This document shows positions 16,848 through 25,066 of a stretch of DNA of 25,066 nucleotides, in pieces. The DNA comes from Caedibacter taeniospiralis (GTDB lineage: Bacteria; Pseudomonadota; Gammaproteobacteria; Francisellales; Francisellaceae): positions 56,728 through 81,793 of the forward strand of contig NZ_PGGB02000004.1 in the NCBI RefSeq assembly GCF_002803295.2, given 5' to 3'. Under the pieces are notes generated by a model. That model was given only the letters and a program-made list of their open reading frames with translations, ran no database searches and was not told the DNA's origin. How positions within the stretch are numbered: position 1 is the first letter of the stretch; each line of letters opens with the position of its first letter. A program made the translations under genes and the position numbers.

Positions 16848-17921
16848 ATGGGACACAAGATGATATTTGAGCCAAAATGGATTGCATGGGAGACAACAAG
16901 AGAATGTAATCTAAGCTGTGTGCATTGCCGCTCCAGTGCCTGCACTGGACAATTTAGGGATGTTGATTTTGGCACGGAAGAAGGTTTTGCAGTCATTGAT
17001 AAAATCGCTGCAGTTTCAAAGCCCTGTCTTGTATTATCAGGAGGTGAACCGCTACTACGCCATGATGTGTTTGAGCTCGCGCACTATGGCGCCCAAAAAG
17101 GACTCCGCATGGCACTGGCAACCAACGGCACCTTGGTTGATGACAATATCTGCATTAAAATTAAAAACGCTGGAATTAAAATTGTGTCACTTAGCTTAGA
17201 TGGCAGCCTGGCAGAAACGCATGATACTTTCAGACAACAAAAGGGTGCATTTGACGCCACTATTACAGCTGCAAAACTTTTTAAAAAACATGAGATTCCA
17301 TTTATCATCAATTCTTCCTTCACTCAACAGAATCATCACGAGATCAAATCTACGTATCAGTTAGCCAAACAACTGCAAGCCAATGCGTGGTACATGTTTA
17401 TGGTCGTACCCACAGGTCGGGGTCAGAACCTCATGAATAAGTTGTTACATGACGAAAAATATGATGCAGCACTGGATTGGCATTATGATATGGAAAGCAA
17501 TGAACACGATATGCTGGTGCGCCCCACCTGCGCTCCACACTATTACCGCGTGCGTTTTGAGAAAAATAAGACTTCGGGACTTAACACCAAATCGCGCGCA
17601 CTCTCATTCTCAAGTGGCGGTTCCAAGGGTTGTATTGCAGGTCAATCCATTTTAACCATCGATGTTGAAGGAAACGTACATCCTTGCAGTTATCTGCCTT
17701 TGAATGCGGGCAATATTTTTAAGTCGTCATTACAAGACATATGGCAAAATTCGACAATTTTTAAAAACTTACGTGACTTTAAGCAGTATAAAGGGAAGTG
17801 TGGTCATTGCGAGTATATTAAAATCTGCGGCGGATGCAGGGCTAGAGCGCATTTCATGAAAGGTGATTATATGGCAGAAGAGCCCCTATGTAATTACATG
17901 CCTAAGCGCTTACACGGATAA
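16848..17921 (+). CDS. Radical SAM / SPASM-domain enzyme, NirJ/AhbD-like
   Basis: CxxxCxxC cluster motif in WETTRECNLSCVHCRS. Also SGGEPLL, FMVVPTGRG and CAPHYYR. The C-terminal SPASM Cys pattern is GCIAGQS...VHPCSY...GKCGHCEYIKICGGCRARA...EPLCNY. The tracked start is the TTG at 16818. In-frame ATGs lie at 16848 and 16860, so the start is uncertain. Confidence 0.85.
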   Translation: MGHKMIFEPKWIAWETTRECNLSCVHCRSSACTGQFRDVDFGTEEGFAVIDKIAAVSKPCLVLSGGEPLLRHDVFELAHYGAQKGLRMALATNGTLVDDNICIKIKNAGIKIVSLSLDGSLAETHDTFRQQKGAFDATITAAKLFKKHEIPFIINSSFTQQNHHEIKSTYQLAKQLQANAWYMFMVVPTGRGQNLMNKLLHDEKYDAALDWHYDMESNEHDMLVRPTCAPHYYRVRFEKNKTSGLNTKSRALSFSSGGSKGCIAGQSILTIDVEGNVHPCSYLPLNAGNIFKSSLQDIWQNSTIFKNLRDFKQYKGKCGHCEYIKICGGCRARAHFMKGDYMAEEPLCNYMPKRLHG

Positions 17922-17957
17922 ACACACACGCGCTTGACGTAAATTGGGAGTAAAGAC

Positions 17958-18131
17958 TCATCTTGATTGAAGATATACCTGAGCATTTTCCTCTACCGAG
18001 GCAGACTTGTGGTTTTTGACTTGTAATTTTTTAGCCATGGTCGAGTTCGCCACGAAGTCCGTTCCTTCTGCCCAAGCAACATTACCACTCAAAAAAATTG
18101 CCATCATCGCGACTGATATTAGCTCTTTCAT
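17958..18131 (-). CDS. Hypothetical small secreted protein (57 aa)
   Basis: Below the ORF-track cutoff and found manually. AAAGGAG SD lies 7 nt upstream of the ATG at 18131-18129. Translation: MKELISVAMMAIFLSGNVAWAEGTDFVANSTMAKKLQVKNHKSASVEENAQVYLQSR*. There is a clear signal peptide with an A-W-A cleavage motif. No homology recognised. Confidence 0.5.
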   Translation of the reverse strand: MKELISVAMMAIFLSGNVAWAEGTDFVANSTMAKKLQVKNHKSASVEENAQVYLQSR

Positions 18132-18237
18132 AATCTTACTCCTTTAGGTTTAAAACACACTTAACTCATGTCTAAGCCTAGGCAAGACTATAAAAATTAA
18201 CAGCATTCACTTTAAGTTTCAGACATTTTCCTTGTGT

Positions 18238-19293
18238 TTAATCGATCAGCCGATACTTTATCGACATAAACTTAATGATTTGATAGTGATCATCCATAAG
18301 AAGGTGAGACATTTTCTCAAGCACCTCTTCCAGTTTTACCCATTTTACTGCCTTGGCATCATCGTCTGCCTGAATTTTTGGCAGTGACGTTAGGTTTAGC
18401 ACAAACAATCCCAAATGCGTGATCACCCTGCCACGCAGAGAACGCTCAGGATAGTCAAACACTTCTTGATTTATAAAGCTTCTAACAAGACTGACCTCAG
18501 AAACATCAAGATGAGTTTCTTCGTTCAACTCACGCAAAATTCCATCAACAATCCGCTCATCCTGGTCTAAAAAACCACCTGGCAATGCCCATAGATTTTT
18601 CCCAGGGGGGTATTTGCGCTGAACAAGTAATAAATGCTTATTACATAGCACCATCGCATCGGTTGTCACAAACATCGGCTTAAAAGGAGCATCCTGCCAA
18701 GCTCTTTTATACTGCGTAATATACTCAAACTCTTGACACAAATCCTGATAGGTTTCTGTCTGCATGAATCTTTTTAAGGTTTGACAACCACCATTTACAT
18801 GGGGATTATTAACCAGATACGTGGTATCTAATTGATGCTGTCCAAAAAACCTGACTCTAAAATCTGTTGCGTTAAACCCATTGAAATTAGCCACATCAAT
18901 ATGCTGCCAAGCGGGAAAACATTTTAGATAATAGCTGCTTGCATCTTTTTCATGCCCAATAATCGCGATTTTATTCTCCACACCAGCATGATGATATACA
19001 CGCATTTCAGCTTCCTTCCTCCAGCCATTTTCATCATAAAACCAGTCACTTACAGGTTCGACGATAATCCGAGAAAACTCAATCCCTGAAGTCTGTAAGT
19101 CAGATAAAATCATGTCTCGCCTTTCCTCAAACGAAAAAGGATTTTTTATGCTTGGGGCTCTAAATGCTGATCCCACGATAATAATGAGCCGATCTACACA
19201 CTTTAACGCCTCTTGTATATTGTGCAAATGCCCCACATGAAAAGGCTGAAATCGACCAATAAAAACGCCGTAGTCATATTTGCACTGACTCAT
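18238..19293 (-). CDS. nadM: Bifunctional nicotinamide-nucleotide adenylyltransferase / ADP-ribose pyrophosphatase (NadM-Nudix)
   Basis: 351-aa ORF. N-terminal nucleotidyltransferase motif GRFQPFHVGH. C-terminal Nudix box GGFLDQDERIVDGILRELNEETHL. GGAAGGAAGG SD. The start overlaps the dolP-like stop (ATGA). Confidence 0.85.
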   Translation of the reverse strand: MSQCKYDYGVFIGRFQPFHVGHLHNIQEALKCVDRLIIIVGSAFRAPSIKNPFSFEERRDMILSDLQTSGIEFSRIIVEPVSDWFYDENGWRKEAEMRVYHHAGVENKIAIIGHEKDASSYYLKCFPAWQHIDVANFNGFNATDFRVRFFGQHQLDTTYLVNNPHVNGGCQTLKRFMQTETYQDLCQEFEYITQYKRAWQDAPFKPMFVTTDAMVLCNKHLLLVQRKYPPGKNLWALPGGFLDQDERIVDGILRELNEETHLDVSEVSLVRSFINQEVFDYPERSLRGRVITHLGLFVLNLTSLPKIQADDDAKAVKWVKLEEVLEKMSHLLMDDHYQIIKFMSIKYRLID

Positions 19294-19913
19294 CCTTCCT
19301 TCCCTATTGCTGCTTGCTCTATATTGGCTACAGGCTGCACTTGAGAAACATAGTCGTACACTTCAATCACTTTTTTAACACCTGAAACATTTGCCGCAAT
19401 ACTTGACGCTTTATCTCCCTCTGCTTTGGTCACTACACCCAAAAGGTATACAACACCGCTTTCGGTAACCACTTTAAATTTTAAACTGCTGACTCCGCTT
19501 GAAACCAGTGCCGATACAATTTTTGAGGTGGTCCAGCTATCTGCAAGGTAGTTTCCAATATTCACAGGGTTTCCAATCGTTAGCTGATTATAAACCACTT
19601 TCACACCTGGTATTTTGGACATCCTGTCGACCAGTTCAGTTCTTAGTGTCTCTGTTGGCACCTGTCCTAACAGTAACATGATATTATTAAATACGACAGG
19701 CTCAACATTTGAATTACCTTTAAGCTCGGGATAATCATTTAACAATGAAATGGCTTTAAACTGGATACTTTTGTCAGAAACATTGGTTTTGCTATCAACA
19801 CTGCTGCCAGCGACATTGGCACCCACTACAGCTGCTCCAGCCCCTGCTATTACCACGGGTGCACAAGCACTTAATGAACCTGCAAATGCAGTCATTATCC
19901 ATAAAATCTTCAT
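19290..19913 (-). CDS. dolP: BON-domain outer-membrane lipoprotein (DolP/YraP-like)
   Basis: The ATG at 19913 gives MKILWIMTAFAGSLSAC, a lipoprotein signal with lipobox LSAC. Two BON-like repeats follow (...VVFNNIMLLLGQVPT... and ...VVTESGVVYLLGVVTKAEGD...). The tracked ORF extends to an upstream ATG at 19955 (14 extra codons), which is also possible. Confidence 0.75.
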   Translation of the reverse strand: MKILWIMTAFAGSLSACAPVVIAGAGAAVVGANVAGSSVDSKTNVSDKSIQFKAISLLNDYPELKGNSNVEPVVFNNIMLLLGQVPTETLRTELVDRMSKIPGVKVVYNQLTIGNPVNIGNYLADSWTTSKIVSALVSSGVSSLKFKVVTESGVVYLLGVVTKAEGDKASSIAANVSGVKKVIEVYDYVSQVQPVANIEQAAIGKEG

Positions 19914-20111
19914 ACCCGCTAGTGTTACTTTTTTTACTTTTATCGTAGTTTTCATTGGTATTTGTCACACTTTGGTTGCACACCCATGGACAATCTTAAC
20001 AACCAGAAGGAAACTTGTAATTGAATTTATTGCAGTTTCCTAATCTCTTTACGCAAAATCATATCAGGCGTCTCCGCGCTTAAGACATAATAATCAAACT
20101 TATAATCAAAC

Positions 20112-20140
20112 TTGCCATGATGGGCTTGTTTCATTAATAT
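20112..20140 (+). promoter_or_regulatory. Putative sigma70 promoter for gloA
   Basis: TTGCCA (20112-20117), a 17-nt spacer, then TAATAT (20135-20140), about 34 nt upstream of the gloA ATG. Pattern match only. Confidence 0.4.
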
Positions 20141-20173
20141 CCTTTGCGGTAAAACTCACAAAAGGAAACCTGT

Positions 20174-20566
20174 ATGCGTTTAGCTCACATGATGATTCGC
20201 GTGAATAATCTGGAAGAATCGATTGCATTTTATCGCGATATCTTTGGCATGACTTTATTTAAACAAACGGACAACGAAGCCTATCGCTATACATTAGCCT
20301 TCATGGGCTATGGTAATGATATCAATCAAATAACAGCAGTTGAGCTCACCTATAACTGGGATACGCATAGCTATGATCATGGGAAAGCCTTTGGGCATCT
20401 GTGCATTGAAGTGGATGATGTCTACCAAAGCTGTGACGCGATCAAGCAACAAGGCGGCGTGGTAACACGTGAGGCTGGTCCCGTGAAAGGTGGCACGAGC
20501 ATTATCGCTTTTGTTAAAGATCCCAATGGCTATCAAATTGAGCTGATTGGCAAGAAGGTACGCTAG
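20174..20566 (+). CDS. gloA: Lactoylglutathione lyase (glyoxalase I)
   Basis: 130-aa ORF. MRLAHMMIRVNNLEESIAFYRDIFGM aligns by eye with E. coli GloA. The metal ligands (H, E, H, E) sit in the conserved context AFGHLCIEV...GYQIELI. AAAGGAAA SD. Confidence 0.9.
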   Translation: MRLAHMMIRVNNLEESIAFYRDIFGMTLFKQTDNEAYRYTLAFMGYGNDINQITAVELTYNWDTHSYDHGKAFGHLCIEVDDVYQSCDAIKQQGGVVTREAGPVKGGTSIIAFVKDPNGYQIELIGKKVR

Positions 20567-20657
20567 CGCTCGATCTTCAGTACAACCTCATTTGGGCAAT
20601 GCTCATATTTCCGTCCACAAATTTGGAATGCGCCCCTTAGAATATAACAAAAAAAGA

Positions 20658-20685
20658 TTGCGTATTTCTAAGCGCATCGTACAAT
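20658..20685 (+). promoter_or_regulatory. Putative sigma70 promoter for typA
   Basis: TTGCGT (20658-20663), a 16-nt spacer, then TACAAT (20680-20685), about 40 nt upstream of the ATG. Pattern match only. Confidence 0.35.
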
Positions 20686-20724
20686 CACCAATCAATTTAA
20701 GACAATCCTTAATGAATAACTTTT

Positions 20725-22542
20725 ATGATCGAAAAATTACGTAATATTGCCATTATTGCGCACGTTGACCATGGCAAAACAACCCTGGTTGACAAGCTCT
20801 TACAGCAATCAGGGACCTTGAAAACCACGGGTTCAGATGTTGAGCGTGTCATGGATTCCAATGATTTAGAAAAAGAGCGCGGCATCACCATTCTCGCCAA
20901 AAATACGGCTATCAGATGGAATGATTATCGGATCAATATCGTTGACACCCCAGGACACGCCGACTTTGGTGGTGAGGTTGAACGTGTGATGTCGATGGTT
21001 GACTCAGTTCTACTTCTCGTTGATGCAGTCGATGGACCAATGCCACAAACGCGCTTTGTGACCGAAAAAGCGTTCGCACGTGGCTTAAAACCGATTGTTG
21101 TGATCAATAAAATCGATCGCCATGGAGCGCGCCCTGCCTGGGTAATGGATCAGGTTTTTGACTTGTTTGATCGCTTAGGCGCCACCGATGAGCAGCTTGA
21201 TTTTCCTGTGGTTTATACTTCTGCCTTAAACGGCTATGCAACCTTGAATGAGAATAAGATCACTGACAATATGAATGCGTTATTTCAAGCCATTGTTGAT
21301 CATGTTCCTGCTCCTGAAGTCAATCAGGCGGGTTCTTTTCAAATGCAGATTTCCTCTTTGGACTACTCAAGCTTCGTAGGCACGATTGGAATTGGTCGCA
21401 TTAAACGTGGAAAAATAAAGACGAATACGCCCGTCAGTATCATCGGTAAAAATGGTAATACAAGACAAGGACGTGTGTTACAGATTTTGGGGCATATGGG
21501 ACTGGAACGCACTGAAGTTCCAGAAGCCTCAGCAGGTGACATCGTTTGTGTTACAGGAATTGAAGGGCTTAATATTTCTGACACACTCTGCGCCTTGGAT
21601 TGTGTCGAGGCATTACCTCCTTTAGCCGTAGATGAGCCGACGATTTCAATGACTTTTCAAGTAAATAACTCTCCATTTGCTGGACGTGAGGGAAAGTTTG
21701 TCACCTCGCGCCAGATTAAAGATCGTTTGGAGAAAGAGCTTCTTCACAACGTGGCACTGCGTGTTGAACAGCTTGATGATCCCGATAAATTTAAAGTCTC
21801 TGGTCGAGGTGAGTTACACTTGTCAATTTTGCTTGAAAACATGCGTCGTGAAGGTTTTGAAATCGCTGTTTCACGCCCTCATGTCATCTTCAAAGAAATG
21901 GATGGTGAAATGTGCGAACCCTATGAACAGGCCATTATTGATGTTGATGAGCAATATCAAGGTGCCGTGATGGAGAAAATGGGATTGCGTCAAGCTGAAC
22001 TTAGAAATATGGAACCCGACGGTAAAGGGCGTGTGCGTCTTGAGTTTATTATTCCTTCTCGCGGCTTAATCGGTTTTTATACAGAATTTTTAACGATTAC
22101 TTCAGGAACAGGCATTATCAACAAGATTTTTGATCATTATGGTCCAGTGAAAAAAGCTATCATCGAATCTCGCTTAAGCGGCACACTCATCTCAAACTGT
22201 GCGGGAAAAGCCGTGGCTTTTGCTCTGTTCAACCTGCAAGAACGTGGCAAAATGTTTATCGGTCATGGCGTTGAAGTCTATGAAGGCATGATCATTGGTA
22301 TTAATGCCCGTGATAATGATCTCACCGTTAATCCATGCAAGGGGAAACAACTCACCAACATGCGCGCTTCTGGCAAGGATGAGAGCATTATTCTCACCAC
22401 CCCGATTAAAATTACCTTGGAGTATGCGCTTGAATTTATTGAAGACGATGAATTGGTGGAGATTACCCCAAAATCAATTCGTCTACGCAAAAGATTCCTA
22501 ACTGAATCTGATCGCAAACGTTATTCAAGAACAAAAGAATAA
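20725..22542 (+). CDS. typA: Translational GTPase TypA/BipA
   Basis: 605-aa [25 protein letters not shown] (G1), [12 protein letters not shown] (G3), NKIDR (G4). The length and C-terminal domain are typical of BipA. Confidence 0.95.
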   Translation: MIEKLRNIAIIAHVDHGKTTLVDKLLQQSGTLKTTGSDVERVMDSNDLEKERGITILAKNTAIRWNDYRINIVDTPGHADFGGEVERVMSMVDSVLLLVDAVDGPMPQTRFVTEKAFARGLKPIVVINKIDRHGARPAWVMDQVFDLFDRLGATDEQLDFPVVYTSALNGYATLNENKITDNMNALFQAIVDHVPAPEVNQAGSFQMQISSLDYSSFVGTIGIGRIKRGKIKTNTPVSIIGKNGNTRQGRVLQILGHMGLERTEVPEASAGDIVCVTGIEGLNISDTLCALDCVEALPPLAVDEPTISMTFQVNNSPFAGREGKFVTSRQIKDRLEKELLHNVALRVEQLDDPDKFKVSGRGELHLSILLENMRREGFEIAVSRPHVIFKEMDGEMCEPYEQAIIDVDEQYQGAVMEKMGLRQAELRNMEPDGKGRVRLEFIIPSRGLIGFYTEFLTITSGTGIINKIFDHYGPVKKAIIESRLSGTLISNCAGKAVAFALFNLQERGKMFIGHGVEVYEGMIIGINARDNDLTVNPCKGKQLTNMRASGKDESIILTTPIKITLEYALEFIEDDELVEITPKSIRLRKRFLTESDRKRYSRTKE

Positions 22543-22562
22543 GGGTAAAAGCGACGAGGTTT

Positions 22563-23858
22563 TTACGTCGAACTCAGGTTAAAATACGCTTGATATAACT
22601 CTGTTATCGCCCCAACAGTTGGGGCTATTCCCACGTTTGATTGCTGCTGATTTAATAGTGTTTGCAAACTTTGTGGCACGGGAATTTTTTCTCCAACTAT
22701 AGGTTCTATCACTTGTTCAAACTTCGCAGGATGCGCCGTCGCAACGATAATATAATGTTGATCAGAAGGCAAAAACTCACGAGCGTAAACCGCCGTTGCT
22801 GTATGCGGACAGATCAAAAGATCATGATCTTGTTTTACCTTCAATATCGTTCTTCTAATCGCCTCATCCGAGGCTTTAAAAGCGGTGACTTCTGCCTTAA
22901 ACCGCTGAGTGCTGCCAAGTAGAAAATAAAGACGTTCAAAATTACTGGGGTTTCCCACATCCATCGCGTTTGCTAACGTCTCAACACTGGGCTTATGTGG
23001 CAGCTGAGCGCTCTGTAAAAACTGCCCGATAACGTTATTTTCATTCTGGCTTATGATGATTTCTCCAATCGGCAGCCCCATTTCCTTCGCCCAAAAGCAT
23101 GCGCATACATTACCAATATTGCCTGATGGAACAATAAAATTAGCTTTTTTGCACTGGTTTAAAAAATATTGCCATGATACATAGGCATAATAGGTGGTTT
23201 GCGGTAAGAGTCTGCCAATGTTAATGCTATTTGAAGTGTTCAAATGCGTATGCTCTTGCCACCATTTATCGGCAAACGCCGCCTTGACTAGCACTTGACA
23301 ATCATCGAATGTTCCATCGACTGCAACCGCACAGACATTATCTTGCCAGCAGGTAATTTGCTGTTGTTGGCGTAAAGAGATTTTTCCCTTTGGGAATAAC
23401 ACCATCACATTGATATTTGATTTGCTGTGAAATGCGGCGGCAACGGCTGAACCTGTATCCCCTGAAGTTGCCACCATAATCGTAAGCTTATTATCCGTTT
23501 TGATGTGGCTTAAGGCATTGGCAAGAAATCTTGCGCCAAAATCCTTAAACGACAGGGTTGGACCATGAAAAAGCTCAAGCAACGAACTTCGTTGATCCAA
23601 ATCAACTATTGGCAAATCAAAACTAAAACTCTCATAACAAATGGCATGAAGTTTATCCTCAAGCTCGCCCCCCCTAAAAAAGGGCTCCAATAATTGTGTT
23701 GCAAAATCGGCGTAGCCCATATTTTTATCCAAACTCCGCCAGGGAAATAAAGGAAATTTTGCTGGCACGTACAACCCACCATCCTTAGCTAAGCCATGTT
23801 GTAAGGCGTAAGTTAGTGAAACTTCTTCTGATTTCCCCCGCGTACTCTTAAATTTCAT
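22563..23858 (-). CDS. thrC: Threonine synthase
   Basis: 431-aa ORF with the PLP-lysine motif FHGPTLSFKDFG and SGNIGN. The start overlaps the thrB stop (ATGA). The last 7 codons (FNLSST*) coincide with a copy of the repeat motif from 3248-3268. Confidence 0.93.
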   Translation of the reverse strand: MKFKSTRGKSEEVSLTYALQHGLAKDGGLYVPAKFPLFPWRSLDKNMGYADFATQLLEPFFRGGELEDKLHAICYESFSFDLPIVDLDQRSSLLELFHGPTLSFKDFGARFLANALSHIKTDNKLTIMVATSGDTGSAVAAAFHSKSNINVMVLFPKGKISLRQQQQITCWQDNVCAVAVDGTFDDCQVLVKAAFADKWWQEHTHLNTSNSINIGRLLPQTTYYAYVSWQYFLNQCKKANFIVPSGNIGNVCACFWAKEMGLPIGEIIISQNENNVIGQFLQSAQLPHKPSVETLANAMDVGNPSNFERLYFLLGSTQRFKAEVTAFKASDEAIRRTILKVKQDHDLLICPHTATAVYAREFLPSDQHYIIVATAHPAKFEQVIEPIVGEKIPVPQSLQTLLNQQQSNVGIAPTVGAITELYQAYFNLSST

Positions 23859-24841
23859 ACTTTCTCCTTTAAGATAACTTCACCGCCCTTTGCCTTAAGA
23901 TCGCTGACATAGCTTTGTGCGCTCAAGCCTTCTTGAGCAAAAACCCGCACCAGTTCATCGGCAATTATTTGAGCACGGAAAAGACTGTCACCCAAAGCAA
24001 AAACAGCAGGACCCGAACCTGAAATACCAAACCCTAGTGCCCCTAAACGATAGGCACTTTGTTTGACCTTATCAAACCCTGTAATCATCATCTTACGTTT
24101 TGGCTCAATCAGTACATCGATAAAATACTTTTTAAATCGATCCAGATCATTTTCGTATAAGGCACTCACCACTGCTGCAGTTTTTGCGGTTTGTGCGACA
24201 ACCTCCTTGATACTAAAAGGCACATCGATCAGTTTTCTGGCTTCTTTGGTTTCGATCTTTAAGTTTGGCACAGCAATTGCGGCACACAGATTCAAACTGG
24301 GCAGCTCAATAAATTCACAGGGCTTTGAGCTTTGCAGCAAAACCAGTCCGCCAAACATGGATGGCACAGCATTATCACCATGATAGACCCCACCTGAGAT
24401 TAAGCTCTCCCCATAAATTGCATACTCGATCAATTGTTTTTTTGGCAAAGGTTGAGTCAAAAAGGCGTTTACGGCTAAAATGGCTGCTACGGAGGATGCT
24501 GCAGAGCCCCCAATACCAGAGCCTAAGGGAATACCTTTTTCAATCACAATATCCAGACCAAGCTTAAGCTTATAGTCTATTAAGAATTTCTTAATAACGG
24601 CACTACAAACGTTTTTATCAATATCAACACTCAAATCATTTTTGCCCAGCACTCCAATAATATCTTGAATGACCAACTGATTATCGTCGCGCTTCGACAA
24701 GTGAACCTTGTCTCCTACTCCTGAGATTGCAAAACCCATTAGATCGAAGCCTACTGCAAAATTGGCACTCGTGGCAGGGGCAAAGCTTGAGACCTTTGTT
24801 ACACTCGGACTTATTGCTATTTGCCGTAATATTTCATCCAT
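23855..24841 (-). CDS. thrB: Homoserine kinase
   Basis: 328-aa ORF with the GHMP-kinase motif GIPLGSGIGGSAASSVAA. It sits between the homoserine dehydrogenase gene and thrC. Confidence 0.9.
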   Translation of the reverse strand: MDEILRQIAISPSVTKVSSFAPATSANFAVGFDLMGFAISGVGDKVHLSKRDDNQLVIQDIIGVLGKNDLSVDIDKNVCSAVIKKFLIDYKLKLGLDIVIEKGIPLGSGIGGSAASSVAAILAVNAFLTQPLPKKQLIEYAIYGESLISGGVYHGDNAVPSMFGGLVLLQSSKPCEFIELPSLNLCAAIAVPNLKIETKEARKLIDVPFSIKEVVAQTAKTAAVVSALYENDLDRFKKYFIDVLIEPKRKMMITGFDKVKQSAYRLGALGFGISGSGPAVFALGDSLFRAQIIADELVRVFAQEGLSAQSYVSDLKAKGGEVILKEKV

Positions 24842-24876
24842 TTATTAAATCCTGTATTTTTATACATAATTACTGC

Positions 24877-25066
24877 TTAGTAAGCAACAGACAAAATATC
24901 CCCAAACACCCGCGCAGCAGTTACATCTACACCAGCTCCAGCCCCTCGTATCACCATGGGTGAGTGGCAATAACGCTGAGAGTGAATAAGTACCATATTA
25001 TCAGCCCCACTTAAGCTTACAAAAGGGCTGTTTTTTTCCAGCGCCATCACCACAACACTTGCCCTG
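24877..25066 (-). CDS. thrA: C-terminal end of homoserine dehydrogenase, probably the bifunctional aspartokinase/homoserine dehydrogenase ThrA. The gene continues beyond the right edge.
   Basis: Manual minus-strand translation gives ...RASVVVMALEKNSPFVSLSGADNMVLIHSQRYCHSPMVIRGAGAGVDVTAARVFGDILSVAY* with the stop at 24879-24877. It resembles the remembered E. coli ThrA C-terminus ([20 protein letters not shown]). The thrA-thrB-thrC order supports the call. Confidence 0.7.
   Translation of the reverse strand, partial: RASVVVMALEKNSPFVSLSGADNMVLIHSQRYCHSPMVIRGAGAGVDVTAARVFGDILSVAY

Noticed and set aside
24727-24963. 78-aa plus-strand ORF spanning the thrB start and the thrA end
   Set aside because: It is antisense to two well-supported minus-strand genes and crosses their intergenic spacer.
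1-25066. Search for CRISPR arrays, rRNA, integrase/IS elements, and defence or toxin-antitoxin modules
   Set aside because: No regularly spaced direct repeats with unique spacers were seen. The only tandem repeats are the two 12-mers reported above. No rRNA-like sequence, recombinase, reverse transcriptase, restriction/methylase or small paired TA ORFs were seen in any frame by eye. A by-eye scan cannot exclude short or degenerate elements.

Overview
This is a chromosomal segment of roughly 40% GC (estimated by eye) from a gammaproteobacterium. The protein signatures suggest a low-GC Legionellales- or Thiotrichales-like lineage, but I cannot verify the taxon without a search. The window is densely packed and mostly housekeeping. 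In order it carries: a truncated PD-(D/E)XK (Rpn-like) nuclease/transposase gene at the left edge; sufS; deoD; a mini membrane ORF; tRNA-Thr(CGU); a minus-strand cluster coaX-folE-lipoprotein-M15 peptidase-truA; a Bcr/CflA efflux pump; a secreted SH3b/Q-rich protein; a minus-strand DUF47-pitA-yajR-like operon; grpE and dnaK-dnaJ-ampD with sigma32-like promoters; an orphan radical SAM/SPASM gene; an untracked 57-codon secreted-peptide ORF; nadM(Nudix)-dolP; gloA; typA; and thrC-thrB-thrA' at the right edge. I found no rRNA, no CRISPR array, no complete mobile element, and no recognisable defence or toxin-antitoxin module. I cannot honestly call any novel multi-gene system here. The features worth a second look are: (i) a 188-bp imperfect palindromic, MITE-like element next to tRNA-Thr, whose terminal motif recurs at the 3' end of thrC and supplies the last codons of two genes; (ii) a cluster of four stem-loops beside the nuclease/transposase gene; (iii) an orphan NirJ/AhbD-like radical SAM/SPASM enzyme flanked by mini-ORFs; (iv) tight linkage of a YajR-type MFS transporter, whose substrate is unknown, to PiT/DUF47. 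All coordinates and motifs were read by eye from the sequence. Family assignments rest on remembered motifs, not on searches.
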